DNA of 64,000 nucleotides from an uncultured Bacilli bacterium (GTDB lineage Bacteria; Bacillota_I; Bacilli_A; RF39; UBA660): NCBI GenBank assembly GCA_947630055.1, contig CANRGA010000001.1, positions 10,195 to 74,194 of the forward strand, read 5' to 3'. Shown piece by piece: positions 55,939 to 64,000 of this stretch (position 1 is its first letter; each line of letters starts with the position of its first letter). The notes under the pieces were generated by a model. It saw only the letters and a program-made list of their open reading frames with translations, ran no database searches and was not told where the DNA came from. The position numbers and the translations under genes were made by a program.

Positions 55939-56664
55939 ATGTTATATGGCATAATTTTAACAATTTTAATAGGTTTATTTTTCCTAATTGGCATTATTTT
56001 CTTTGAAAAGGTTAAAAATAAAGAAAAAATGTCTTTATTTACGACAGCACTTGCTTTTATAGTTTTAATAGGTTTATTATTTTTAGACTTATTACCAGAG
56101 TTAATTACAGAATTTAATATTTATACTTTAGTATTTGCTTTATTAGGATTTATAATTCTTATAATATTAGATAGATTAATACCTCATCATCATCATGAAC
56201 ATCATGAAATAAATGATGATAAAAAAGATCATAATTTACATTTACAACATATTGGTATTATTACTATAGTATCTTTAGCAATACATAATATGATAGAGGG
56301 CTTAACCTTATATAGTATAACTTTAAATGATTTAAAATCAGGTATTTTAATGATGATAAGTATTTCTTTACATAATATACCATTAGGATTTCAAATAGGT
56401 AATTCTCTTGTTAAAACTAAAAGTAATATTTTGTTAATTATTCTTTTATGTATTAGTTCTCTAATTGGAGCTTTAATCATAATTATATTTGGAAATTTAA
56501 GTAGTATGTTAACAAATATTTTTCTAGCTTTAACTTTTGGTATGCTTTTATATATTTTAATATTTGAATTATTTAATGAAATTAATGGCTATTTAAAGAA
56601 AAAAGAAGTTATTTATGGTATAATAATAGGGATGGTTATATTAATAATTACCTATTTAGTGTAA
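55939..56664 (+). CDS. ZIP-family metal (zinc) transporter
   Basis: His-rich loop HHHHEHHE and the HNMIEGL / HNIPLGF motifs. Confidence 0.8.
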   Translation: MLYGIILTILIGLFFLIGIIFFEKVKNKEKMSLFTTALAFIVLIGLLFLDLLPELITEFNIYTLVFALLGFIILIILDRLIPHHHHEHHEINDDKKDHNLHLQHIGIITIVSLAIHNMIEGLTLYSITLNDLKSGILMMISISLHNIPLGFQIGNSLVKTKSNILLIILLCISSLIGALIIIIFGNLSSMLTNIFLALTFGMLLYILIFELFNEINGYLKKKEVIYGIIIGMVILIITYLV

Positions 56665-56677
56665 GGGGATATGAATT

Positions 56678-57607
56678 ATGAAGAAAGTATTAGTAACCGG
56701 GGCTGCTGGTAGTATTGGCTTAAATGTTATAAAATATTTACTTAGTGAAGGAAAATATGAAATCACTGCCTTAGATTTGAATAATAAAAAATCTATTAAA
56801 AACTTAAAAAAATATCAAAATAGAATTAATGTTATTTATGGTGATGTTAATGATGAAGTACTTATGAATAGTTTAGTAAAAGGGCATGATTACATTATTT
56901 ATTTAGCATCCGTATTGCCACCACTTAGTGATTTTAATAAAAACATTGGTGAACTTGTAGAATATGATTCTTTAAAATATATGATTGATATTATTAATAA
57001 AGAAAATAAGAATTGTCATTTAATTTATGCTTCAAGTACATCTATATATGATAATACTTTAGGAGCGAGTACTAAGGAAGTTATAAAAGAATCTGAATTA
57101 ACTAATTTTAGTTTTAATAAATACAATTGTGAAAAATTAATTAATAGTAAACTTAAAAATTATACTATCTTAAGAGTACCACTTGTTTTAAATAATATAA
57201 CTGGTGAACCATTTATTTATAATGTTAAAAAGAATTTAGTAGTCGAGGTTACTACAAACATTGATGCTGCCTATGCGTTTGTTAAAGTAATAGATCATAT
57301 TAAAGAAGTAAACAAAAAAACGTATAATATTGGTATGGGTGAAGAAGGAAGAGTAATTTATAATGAAATTCTAAAAAATATTTTAAATTATTATGGGCTA
57401 AGTATGCGTTATATTCTTTCGAGAATATTTTTGGGTAAAACTTATAAAAGTCCTATACTTACTGATAGTGATGATTTAGATGATATTATTCATTATCGTC
57501 ATGATTCACTTTACAATTATTATAAAAGACTTAAAACTAAAGGAAAATATAGAAGCTTTCAAAAAATTATTGCTAAACCATTAGTATTTTTAAAAAGAAA
57601 TAAATAA
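56678..57607 (+). CDS. NAD-dependent epimerase/dehydratase family protein
   Basis: Rossmann motif VLVTGAAGSIGLN. Confidence 0.7.
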   Translation: MKKVLVTGAAGSIGLNVIKYLLSEGKYEITALDLNNKKSIKNLKKYQNRINVIYGDVNDEVLMNSLVKGHDYIIYLASVLPPLSDFNKNIGELVEYDSLKYMIDIINKENKNCHLIYASSTSIYDNTLGASTKEVIKESELTNFSFNKYNCEKLINSKLKNYTILRVPLVLNNITGEPFIYNVKKNLVVEVTTNIDAAYAFVKVIDHIKEVNKKTYNIGMGEEGRVIYNEILKNILNYYGLSMRYILSRIFLGKTYKSPILTDSDDLDDIIHYRHDSLYNYYKRLKTKGKYRSFQKIIAKPLVFLKRNK

Positions 57608-57618
57608 GGAATGATTAT

Positions 57619-58662
57619 ATGACAGGACTAGTACTAGCAGGTGGAGGTGTTAAGGGAGCATATCAAGTTGGAGCTTTCTTAGCATTTAAGAAATGTGGCA
57701 TTAAATTAGATGGTGTAGTTGGTACTTCCATCGGTTCTTTTAATGCTGCTATGATGGTAAGTGGAAAAGCTAAAGAGTTATATGATTTTTGGCAAAATGT
57801 TGATGTTGGAGCTTTACTTAATTTTAATGCTAAATATACTGATAGTGTTAATAATAAAGATTTATTTAAAGAACTTATTTATGGTATTGAAGAAATGACT
57901 TTAATAGTTAAAAATAAAGGTATTGATAATAGTAATTTAATGAGACTTTTAGATGAAATGATTGATGAAGAGAAAATTAGAAAAAGCCATATGGATTATG
58001 GTCTTGTTACTGTTAGAACGAATGATTTAAAACCATTATATTTATTTAAAGAAGATATGAAAGAAGGTAAAATACCAGAATATATTTTAGCTAGTTGTAA
58101 TTTACCAGTCTTTAAAATGAATAAATTAATAGATGAAAAGTATTATATTGATGGAGGATTTTATGATAATAAACCTGTTAATATGTTACTTAATAAAGGC
58201 TATGATAAAGTTTATGTTGTTGAGGTACAAGGTATTGGTTTAAGTAGAAAAGTAAAAGATAAAAGTAAAGTAGTAACAATTAGTCCATCAAGATTTTTAG
58301 GTAGTATGTTAAGTGTTAATAAGAAAAAAATTAGAGAAAATATTAAATTAGGTTATTATGATACTTTAAAAGTATTAAAAAATTATGATGGTTATAATTT
58401 TCTCTTTCAAAAACATGGCATGTTGTTGTATAATATTTTAGCACGTCGAGTAAATAGTGACTTGTATAAAAAAGTTATAAAATATTTTAAAGCTAAAGAT
58501 AATAAAGAATTAATTTTAAAGGCTTTGGAATATATTATGATAAAGGAAGATGCTACTTACTTTAATGTATATAAGGTATTAAAAGAAATAAAATATGTGA
58601 AAAAGAATTTAAATAAGAAACATTTTATTTATGAATTTGTGCGTAGTTTAAGAATTTTTTAG
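57619..58662 (+). CDS. Patatin-like phospholipase
   Basis: GGGVKGAYQVGA, GTSIGS (GxSxG), IDGGFYDN (DGG). Confidence 0.8.
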   Translation: MTGLVLAGGGVKGAYQVGAFLAFKKCGIKLDGVVGTSIGSFNAAMMVSGKAKELYDFWQNVDVGALLNFNAKYTDSVNNKDLFKELIYGIEEMTLIVKNKGIDNSNLMRLLDEMIDEEKIRKSHMDYGLVTVRTNDLKPLYLFKEDMKEGKIPEYILASCNLPVFKMNKLIDEKYYIDGGFYDNKPVNMLLNKGYDKVYVVEVQGIGLSRKVKDKSKVVTISPSRFLGSMLSVNKKKIRENIKLGYYDTLKVLKNYDGYNFLFQKHGMLLYNILARRVNSDLYKKVIKYFKAKDNKELILKALEYIMIKEDATYFNVYKVLKEIKYVKKNLNKKHFIYEFVRSLRIF

Positions 58663-58672
58663 GAGGTAATTT

Positions 58673-59395
58673 ATGGGAAGAGCATATGAAGTTAGAAAGT
58701 ATAGTATTCAAAAAACAGGAGCTGCTAGAGGTAAAATTTATACAACTTTTGCAAAAGAAATCTATCTAGCAGCAAAAAAAGGATTACCAGATCCCGATGT
58801 AAATATTACTTTAAAAAGAATAATTGAAAAGGCCAAAAAGAATCAAGTACCTAGTGATATTATAAATAGAGCAGTAGAAAAAGCTAAAGGTGTTGGTGGC
58901 GAAGATTATGCTGAAGTTGTATATGAAGGTTTTGGTCCTGGAGCATCTACTTTAATTGTTAAAACTTTAACTGATAATGTTAATCGTACAGTTGGGGAAG
59001 TAAGGGCAGCATTTAATAAAGTAGGTAAAAGTTTAGGAGTAACAAATTCTGTATCTTACAATTATGATTATATTGGGGTACTTACATTTAAATCACAAAA
59101 TAGTGAAGAAATATTTGAAAAGTTATTAAATGAAGGTATTGAAATTATCGATTATGAAGATGAAGATGGGGAAATAACTATTACAATGAAACCAAATGAT
59201 CACGATAAAGTAAAAGATGTTGTGGAAAGTATTATTTCTGATGTTGACTATGAAATTGATCAAGTAGGTATGTTTCCTAAAGATAAAGTAACTTTAAATG
59301 AAGAAGATAGTGAAAACTTTAAAAAACTTTATAAAATGTTAGATGATATTGATGATGTAACGGAAATATATCATAACGTTGATATAGAAATGTAA
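58673..59395 (+). CDS. yebC: YebC/PmpR-family transcriptional regulator
   Basis: MGRAYEVRKYSIQKTGAARGKIYTTFAKEI... is the canonical family N-terminus. Confidence 0.9.
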   Translation: MGRAYEVRKYSIQKTGAARGKIYTTFAKEIYLAAKKGLPDPDVNITLKRIIEKAKKNQVPSDIINRAVEKAKGVGGEDYAEVVYEGFGPGASTLIVKTLTDNVNRTVGEVRAAFNKVGKSLGVTNSVSYNYDYIGVLTFKSQNSEEIFEKLLNEGIEIIDYEDEDGEITITMKPNDHDKVKDVVESIISDVDYEIDQVGMFPKDKVTLNEEDSENFKKLYKMLDDIDDVTEIYHNVDIEM

Positions 59396-59403
59396 TAAAA
59401 TAC

Positions 59404-59432
59404 TTGTAAAATAAATAATAATGTAATATACT
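59404..59432 (+). promoter_or_regulatory. Candidate promoter driving the tandem-repeat RNA
   Basis: TTGTAA, 17-nt spacer, TATACT. Confidence 0.4.
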
Positions 59433-59457
59433 TTAAATACATTCAATGAATGTATTT

Positions 59458-59557
59458 ATGTTTCTCGCTCTCGGATGGTGCGAGTAATAAATTATTCCGA
59501 TTGTCAAATGTTTCTCGCTATCGGATGGCGCGAGTAATAAATTATTCCGGTTGTAAA
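59458..59557 (+). repeat. Two tandem 50-nt direct repeats (46/50 identical), candidate type III antitoxin RNA
   Basis: atgtttctcgctctcggatggtgcgagtaataaattattccgattgtcaa / atgtttctcgctatcggatggcgcgagtaataaattattccggttgtaaa. Each contains the hairpin ctcgc...gcgag. Confidence 0.85.
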
Positions 59558-59600
59558 AGGGATATATTTTAAGGGTATATCCCTTTTTTTGTTTTTTTTT
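59557..59600 (+). terminator. Strong intrinsic terminator directly after the repeats
   Basis: aagggatata-ttttaaggg-tatatccctt followed by TTTTTGTTTTTTTTT. Confidence 0.8.
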
Positions 59601-59613
59601 AATAGAAAGCGAG

Positions 59614-59715
59614 GTGATAACAATAATTAAAGAAGGTTATTTATATCATATTAAAGAAGATTTTTTTATCTTATAGGAAAGTTCAAAAAATTGGTCAAAA
59701 ATACTTGATAATACA
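59614..59715 (+). pseudogene. Putative 5' portion of the ToxN/AbiQ-like gene, separated from its body by the IS (contains one in-frame TAG)
   Basis: GTG after GAAAGCGAG gives MITIIKEGYLYHIKEDFFIL*ESSKNWSKILDNT. This frame is continuous with 61062-61484 if 59716-61061 is removed. Confidence 0.35.
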
Positions 59716-61061
59716 TTTGTTTGCGTAATATAATTATATTATCCAGGAGGCTATGGTTTATGTTAGTTGATCGTGCATACAAATTTAGAATGTATCCAAG
59801 TGTAAAACAAGAAGAATTAATAAATAAAACTATTGGTTGTTCAAGACTTGTTTATAATATAATGTTAAGTAAGAAGAAAGATAATTCTAAACTTACTAGT
59901 TTTGATATGATAAAAGAAATACCAGAGTTATATAATGAATACCCATTTTTAAAAGAAGTAGATAGTTGTTCATTAAGATGTGCAATATTTGATTTAGAAA
60001 ATGGTTTAAATAAATATTATAAAAAACAAGGAGGATATCCAAAGTTTAAGAAAAAAGGAATAAAAGATAGTTATAGAACAAATTATATAAAAAATACATA
60101 TAAAGATAAAAAATATGAAAATATAAAAATAGATTTAAAAAATAAAATAATAACATTACCAAAATTAAAAGAAGTAAAAATAAAAGGATATCGTCATTTA
60201 GAATATATAAAGGGAAGAATAATAAATGCTACTATTGAACATATTGCTAATAAATATTATGTATCAATATGTGTAGAAGAAGAAATGCCTAATGTTAAAA
60301 CTAATACTGCTTCAGTTATTGGAATAGATATGGGGATAAAGAGTTTAATAACCACAAGTGAAGGAATAAGTTATGGAAATCCAAATTACTTAAAAAAATA
60401 TGAAAGAAAGATAAAAGGATTACAAAAAGGATTATCAAGAAAAATAAAAGGAAGTAACAATTATAATAAATATAAAATAAAACTTCAAGAAACATATAGA
60501 AAGTTACAAAATGCAAGAAGAAAAACTAACGAAGAAATAGTAAGTAGAATAATTAAAGATAATGATATAATAGTAACTGAAGATTTAAACATAAATAGTA
60601 TGATAAAAGAAGCCAAAAAATCTCTAAGAAGAAATATAATTAATTCCACAATGAGTGACATAATAAGAAGACTCAAATATAAATGTAAGTGGTTGAATAA
60701 AAAATTAATACAAGTAAATAGATATTATGCCAGTAGTCAAATATGTAGTAGTTGTGGAAATAAAAGCAAAAAAATGAAGGATATAAAAATAAGAGAATAT
60801 AAATGTCCAAAATGTGGAATAGAGATAGAAAGAGATATAAATGCAAGTATAAATATAATGTATGAAGGAATAATAAGTTACTATAAAGAGAGATATCAAA
60901 ATTAAATAAATAAATAATAAAACAATAAACAAGTACGGCAGCGACTGTCGGAAATATGGTCTGTGGAGGAGTAAAATCCTAAGAAGCAGAAAAGATAAGC
61001 CATGAGGCTTATCAAAGCAAATGAAAATAAATGTTAGTTTATTGAATTTGCTTTTGTTCTA
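59716..61061 (+). mobile_element. IS200/IS605-family (IS1341-type) element carrying tnpB only
   Basis: Ends were defined by alignment with the miniature copy at 45514-45727. No tnpA (Y1 transposase) ORF is present. Confidence 0.8.
59760..60905 (+). CDS. tnpB: TnpB RNA-guided endonuclease (RuvC + zinc ribbon)
   Basis: RuvC D (IGIDMGIKS), E (IVTEDLNI), D (RDINASINI). CSSCGN...CPKCG zinc ribbon. The ATG at 59760 follows AGGAGG; the track start at 59721 is probably too early. Confidence 0.9.
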   Translation: MLVDRAYKFRMYPSVKQEELINKTIGCSRLVYNIMLSKKKDNSKLTSFDMIKEIPELYNEYPFLKEVDSCSLRCAIFDLENGLNKYYKKQGGYPKFKKKGIKDSYRTNYIKNTYKDKKYENIKIDLKNKIITLPKLKEVKIKGYRHLEYIKGRIINATIEHIANKYYVSICVEEEMPNVKTNTASVIGIDMGIKSLITTSEGISYGNPNYLKKYERKIKGLQKGLSRKIKGSNNYNKYKIKLQETYRKLQNARRKTNEEIVSRIIKDNDIIVTEDLNINSMIKEAKKSLRRNIINSTMSDIIRRLKYKCKWLNKKLIQVNRYYASSQICSSCGNKSKKMKDIKIREYKCPKCGIEIERDINASINIMYEGIISYYKERYQN

Positions 61062-61081
61062 GTTGCAAATGATAATACATT
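60900..61081 (+). ncRNA. Omega-RNA (reRNA) region: conserved right-end scaffold plus ~20-nt flank-derived guide
   Basis: Conserved with 45590-45727. Contains the hairpin gataagcc-atga-ggcttatc. Homology between the two copies ends at 61061. Confidence 0.5.
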
Positions 61082-61484
61082 GCTTAAAAATTATTTTGAT
61101 AATACAAGACCAATGTATTTAGCATTAAAAAATAATGAAATGTTATGGCTAGTACCTTTAAGTTCTAAAATAAGTAAATATCAAAAAATCATAAATCAAA
61201 AGATAAAAAAATATGGTAAATGTAAGAGTATAATGATAAGAAAAATTGGTGGTAAATATCAGGCGGTGTTACTACAAAATGCTTTTCCTATTATAGAAAA
61301 ATATATAGATCATATACATATTCAAAAGAATATGCCAACAGTAGCTGTTAATACAGTCAAAAAAGAAATTAAAAGTAATTTAAAAGAATTATTAATATTA
61401 AAAAGTAAGGGATTTGATTTATTTTTTACTAATATTGATTATATTGAAAAAATAATGATGCAAGAATTAATTTGTAAAAAATGA
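61080..61484 (+). pseudogene. ToxN/AbiQ-like (type III toxin) ORF body, N-terminally displaced by the IS
   Basis: RPMYLALKNNEMLWLVPLSSKISKY and AVLLQNAFPIIEKY resemble the RPy.G....Y.aPLSSpK and l.nMIPv blocks of ToxN/AbiQ. Only a TTG start is available, 19 nt from the IS end. Confidence 0.45.
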
Positions 61485-61564
61485 ATAAAATTTAAAAGGT
61501 ATATGTCAATAATACCCTAAAAATTAAAAATAATTTGCTAAATTAAAGAAATTATTTTATAATT

Positions 61565-61715
61565 GAATTGTTAGTGATGAAGGAATTTACAACTCTAGAG
61601 CTAAATCGTTTACTTACGTTACAAGTATAAAGTGTATGATAATTCATAAATTAAGGTGGTACCGCGGATTAATAATTCGTCCTTAAATCTTAATTTTTGA
61701 ATTTTTTTCTTTAAA
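61565..61715 (+). promoter_or_regulatory. T-box leader (tRNA-Tyr responsive) upstream of tyrS
   Basis: T-box AAATTAAGGTGGTACCGCGG at 61648-61667. GTGATGA K-turn-like element at the stem I base. TAC (Tyr) codons in tttacttacgtt. Downstream CCTTAA can pair with TTAAGG and is followed by T runs. Confidence 0.7.
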
Positions 61716-61728
61716 GGAGAGAAACGTT

Positions 61729-62955
61729 ATGAATTGTTTTGAAGATTTAAAATGGCGAGGACTTATTAAAGATATTAGTAGTCCAGAATTAGAAAAAAAA
61801 TTAAACGAAGAGAAATTAACATTTTACATTGGTACAGATCCAACTGCTGATTCAATGCATATAGGTCATTTTTCCTCATTTCTAATTGCAACTAGACTTG
61901 CTAAATATGGTCATAAGCCAATTTTACTTATTGGAGGAGCTACTGGTTTAATTGGAGATCCTAAACCATCAAATGAAAGACAAATGATTTCTAAAGAACA
62001 AGTATTAGAAAATGTTGCATGTTTATCTAAACAAGCTAAAGAAATATTTGGCTTTGATGTAGTTAACAATTATGACTGGACTAAAGATTTAAATATTCTA
62101 GATTTTTTAAGAGATTATGGTAAATATATTAATGTTAATTATATGCTTGATAAAGATATCATCAATAGAAGATTAGAATCAGGGATAACTTTCTGTGAAT
62201 TTGCTTATACAATTTTACAAGGAATGGATTTTGTTCATTTATATGAAGAAAAAGGTGTAACTTTACAAGTAGCGGGTTCTGATCAATGGGGAAATATTAC
62301 AACAGGTATTGAACTAGCCAGAAAAAAAGAAGATGTAGAATTATATGGTATGACAATGCCTTTGGTTTTAGATGCGAGTGGTGTTAAATTTGGTAAAACT
62401 GAAGGTAATGCTTTATGGCTTGATAAAAATAAAACATCTAGTTATGAATTATATCAATATTTAATTAATACTAGTGATGAAATAGTAATTGATTATTTAA
62501 AGAGATTAACATTCTTATCTAAAGAAGAAATTGAAGAAATAGAAAGTAAACATAAAGAGCAACCAGAATTAAGATTAGCCCAAGAGACACTTGCTCGGGA
62601 AATAATTACTTTCTTACATGGCGAAGAAGAATTTAATAAAGCCAAAATGATGAGTAAAGCTTTATTTAGTGAAGATATAACTAAATTATCTGCAAGTGAT
62701 ATCTTAGACAATTTTAAAGATATGGAACAAATTGCTATCAAAGAAGAATTACCTTTAGAAGATTTACTAGTAAATAGTAGTATTTGTTCATCTAAAAGAG
62801 AAGCAAGAGAACTCATAAGTGGTAATGCTATTAGTTTAAATAATAAAAAAATAACTGATAATATGTATATGGTTACAAAAGATTCAGCTATTGATAATAA
62901 AGTATATTTAATAAAAAAAGGTAAAAAGAAATATTATTTAGGTATATTTGATTAG
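61729..62955 (+). CDS. tyrS: Tyrosyl-tRNA synthetase
   Basis: HIGH motif (SMHIGH), KMSKS-type KFGKT, C-terminal S4-like domain. Confidence 0.95.
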   Translation: MNCFEDLKWRGLIKDISSPELEKKLNEEKLTFYIGTDPTADSMHIGHFSSFLIATRLAKYGHKPILLIGGATGLIGDPKPSNERQMISKEQVLENVACLSKQAKEIFGFDVVNNYDWTKDLNILDFLRDYGKYINVNYMLDKDIINRRLESGITFCEFAYTILQGMDFVHLYEEKGVTLQVAGSDQWGNITTGIELARKKEDVELYGMTMPLVLDASGVKFGKTEGNALWLDKNKTSSYELYQYLINTSDEIVIDYLKRLTFLSKEEIEEIESKHKEQPELRLAQETLAREIITFLHGEEEFNKAKMMSKALFSEDITKLSASDILDNFKDMEQIAIKEELPLEDLLVNSSICSSKREARELISGNAISLNNKKITDNMYMVTKDSAIDNKVYLIKKGKKKYYLGIFD

Positions 62956-62981
62956 AAGAGAAGTTAGCATTCTCTTTTTTA
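62956..62981 (+). terminator. tyrS terminator
   Basis: aagagaa-gttagca-ttctctt followed by a T run. Confidence 0.6.
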
Positions 62982-63010
62982 ATGTCTAATTTTTAGAAGT
63001 TTTGTTGTAG

Positions 63011-63046
63011 AAAAAAGCGCCTACGAATTAATCATTCGCTAGCGCT
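63011..63046 (-). terminator. uppP terminator
   Basis: On the minus strand: agcgctagcgaat-gatta-attcgtaggcgct (two mismatches) followed by TTTTTT. Confidence 0.6.
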
Positions 63047-63124
63047 GACTAAAACATAAGGGCAACGCAAAATCATTGCTTCCTATAACTTAGGTATATT
63101 ATATTTTAACCATTTTTACAATAA

Positions 63125-63943
63125 TTATCTAAAATATATAAAGATAAATAAAGCAAGACACATACAATAAATAGAGAAGTGCCATAATTTACCATTTTTA
63201 ACAATATTACTTAACCATTTATAAGATAGATATGTTACAACTAAAGCTACTAACATACCACTTAGATATGGCATTAATAAAGATGTACTAGTTTCAAGTA
63301 AGTCAGGTATTTTTAAAAGCATTGTTCCAGTACTTACGGGAAAATATAATAAGAAAGTATATTTTAGAGCATCATCTCTTTTTAGTTTACAAATTAAACA
63401 TGCTACTAGAACGGTACCACTTCTTGATATACCTGGTATTATTGTTATCATTTGAAATAAACCAATAATAATAGCATCTTTCCAAGTAATATCTTTACTT
63501 GTTTTTTTACCATTGATGTTTCTAACAATATATAACATTAAAGCCGTAAATAAGAAAGTAAAACCTAAAATTTTTAAAGAATTAAAATGACTTTCTAAAT
63601 AATCATTAAGTAAAAATCCCGCAATACCTACTGGAATTGTAGATACTACTAATTTCATTATATAAATGAAACCTTCTTTATTTTCTTTCTTATTCTTTTT
63701 ACTGAATATAAAGCCAAAGAAATTTTTAGCAAGTTCTATTATTTCTTTTCTAAAAATAAATAGGATAGCTAAAAATGATCCAAAGTTAGATATTATTTCA
63801 AAACTAAAAGAATTTTGAAAGATATCGGTGTTAAATAAGTTTTTAAATAAGAAGATATGGCCACTAGAAGATATTGGTAGTGGTTCTGTTATACCTTGAA
63901 TAAGGCCTAAAATAATATATTTTATATATTCCATTGTTATCAC
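63125..63943 (-). CDS. uppP: Undecaprenyl-diphosphate phosphatase (UppP/BacA)
   Basis: GLIQGITEPLPISSSGH motif; 8-TM layout. Confidence 0.9.
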   Translation of the reverse strand: MITMEYIKYIILGLIQGITEPLPISSSGHIFLFKNLFNTDIFQNSFSFEIISNFGSFLAILFIFRKEIIELAKNFFGFIFSKKNKKENKEGFIYIMKLVVSTIPVGIAGFLLNDYLESHFNSLKILGFTFLFTALMLYIVRNINGKKTSKDITWKDAIIIGLFQMITIIPGISRSGTVLVACLICKLKRDDALKYTFLLYFPVSTGTMLLKIPDLLETSTSLLMPYLSGMLVALVVTYLSYKWLSNIVKNGKLWHFSIYCMCLALFIFIYFR

Positions 63944-64000
63944 CTTAATTAATTATATAATATTTTTTCTAAAATAGAAATAGAATATAGAGATAGTATG

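Noticed and set aside
59435-59457. Perfect 10-bp hairpin aaatacattc-aat-gaatgtattt considered as the yebC terminator
   Set aside because: It has no downstream U run and overlaps the predicted transcription start of the repeat RNA. Its function is unclear, so it is not annotated as a terminator.
59458-59557. Tandem repeats considered as a CRISPR array or a tandem riboswitch (for example guanidine-II/mini-ykkC)
   Set aside because: The two repeats are contiguous with no spacers and there are no cas genes. The hairpin loops lack the ACGR tetraloops of mini-ykkC. The repeat + terminator + ToxN-like ORF context fits a type III antitoxin better.
7999-62816. Other nested or antisense track ORFs (7999-8196, 23324-23641, 24359-24664, 24770-24955, 26349-26567, 32818-33605, 35307-35501, 39236-39421, 40706-40936, 42765-42947, 43745-43927, 44559-44843, 45008-45382, 46971-47189, 49810-50064, 60316-60932, 62493-62816)
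   Set aside because: Each overlaps a longer ORF with clear family motifs (secE, nusG, tnpB, tyrS, VirB-like and others). Their Ile/Phe/Leu/Ser-rich translations are typical of off-frame reading in AT-rich DNA.

Overview
Very AT-rich, low-GC Gram-positive (Bacillota-like) chromosome segment; markers are CotF-type spore-coat genes, a T-box-controlled tyrS, secE-nusG and typA. The left ~38.6 kb looks accessory and modular. (1) 1-2044: a tandem array of DUF1016/YhcG PDDEXK-nuclease genes and decayed copies. (2) 2279-13544: a Tad/type IVc-like pilus operon (CpaB-, CpaF/TadA-, TadB-, TadC- and TadZ-like genes plus five pilin-like genes sharing a short M[KR]E..G leader), preceded by a 1274-aa Cys-rich secreted protein. 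(3) 13590-13735: a DUF1016 wreck. (4) 13801-21174: a ~2450-aa cohesin/dockerin/GLUG/HExxH (M26, Zmp-like) surface metalloprotease. (5) 21354-22313: an intact DUF1016 gene. (6) 22398-38636: a Gram-positive type IV secretion module with four VirB2-like paralogs, VirB6-like, VirB3/PrgI-like, a VirB4 split into two ORFs, a 950-aa multi-domain wall hydrolase, two VirB8/TcpC-like proteins and a VirD4 coupling protein. I see no relaxase, integrase or replication gene anywhere in the window. Every DUF1016 copy carries a different perfect palindrome at the same codon positions. The right ~25 kb is mostly housekeeping: secE, nusG, an ABC transporter, tRNA-Glu(CUC), typA, ZIP transporter, yebC-like, tyrS, uppP. 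It also holds an intact IS200/IS605-type tnpB element with its omega-RNA region, a tnpB-less miniature copy directly after nusG, a candidate type III toxin-antitoxin locus (2 x 50-nt repeats + terminator + ToxN/AbiQ-like ORF) interrupted by the tnpB element, a TasA-signal protein paired with an 856-aa Asp/Cys repeat protein, and a 27-aa hydrophobic peptide ORF. All functional calls come from motif reading by eye; no database search was possible.
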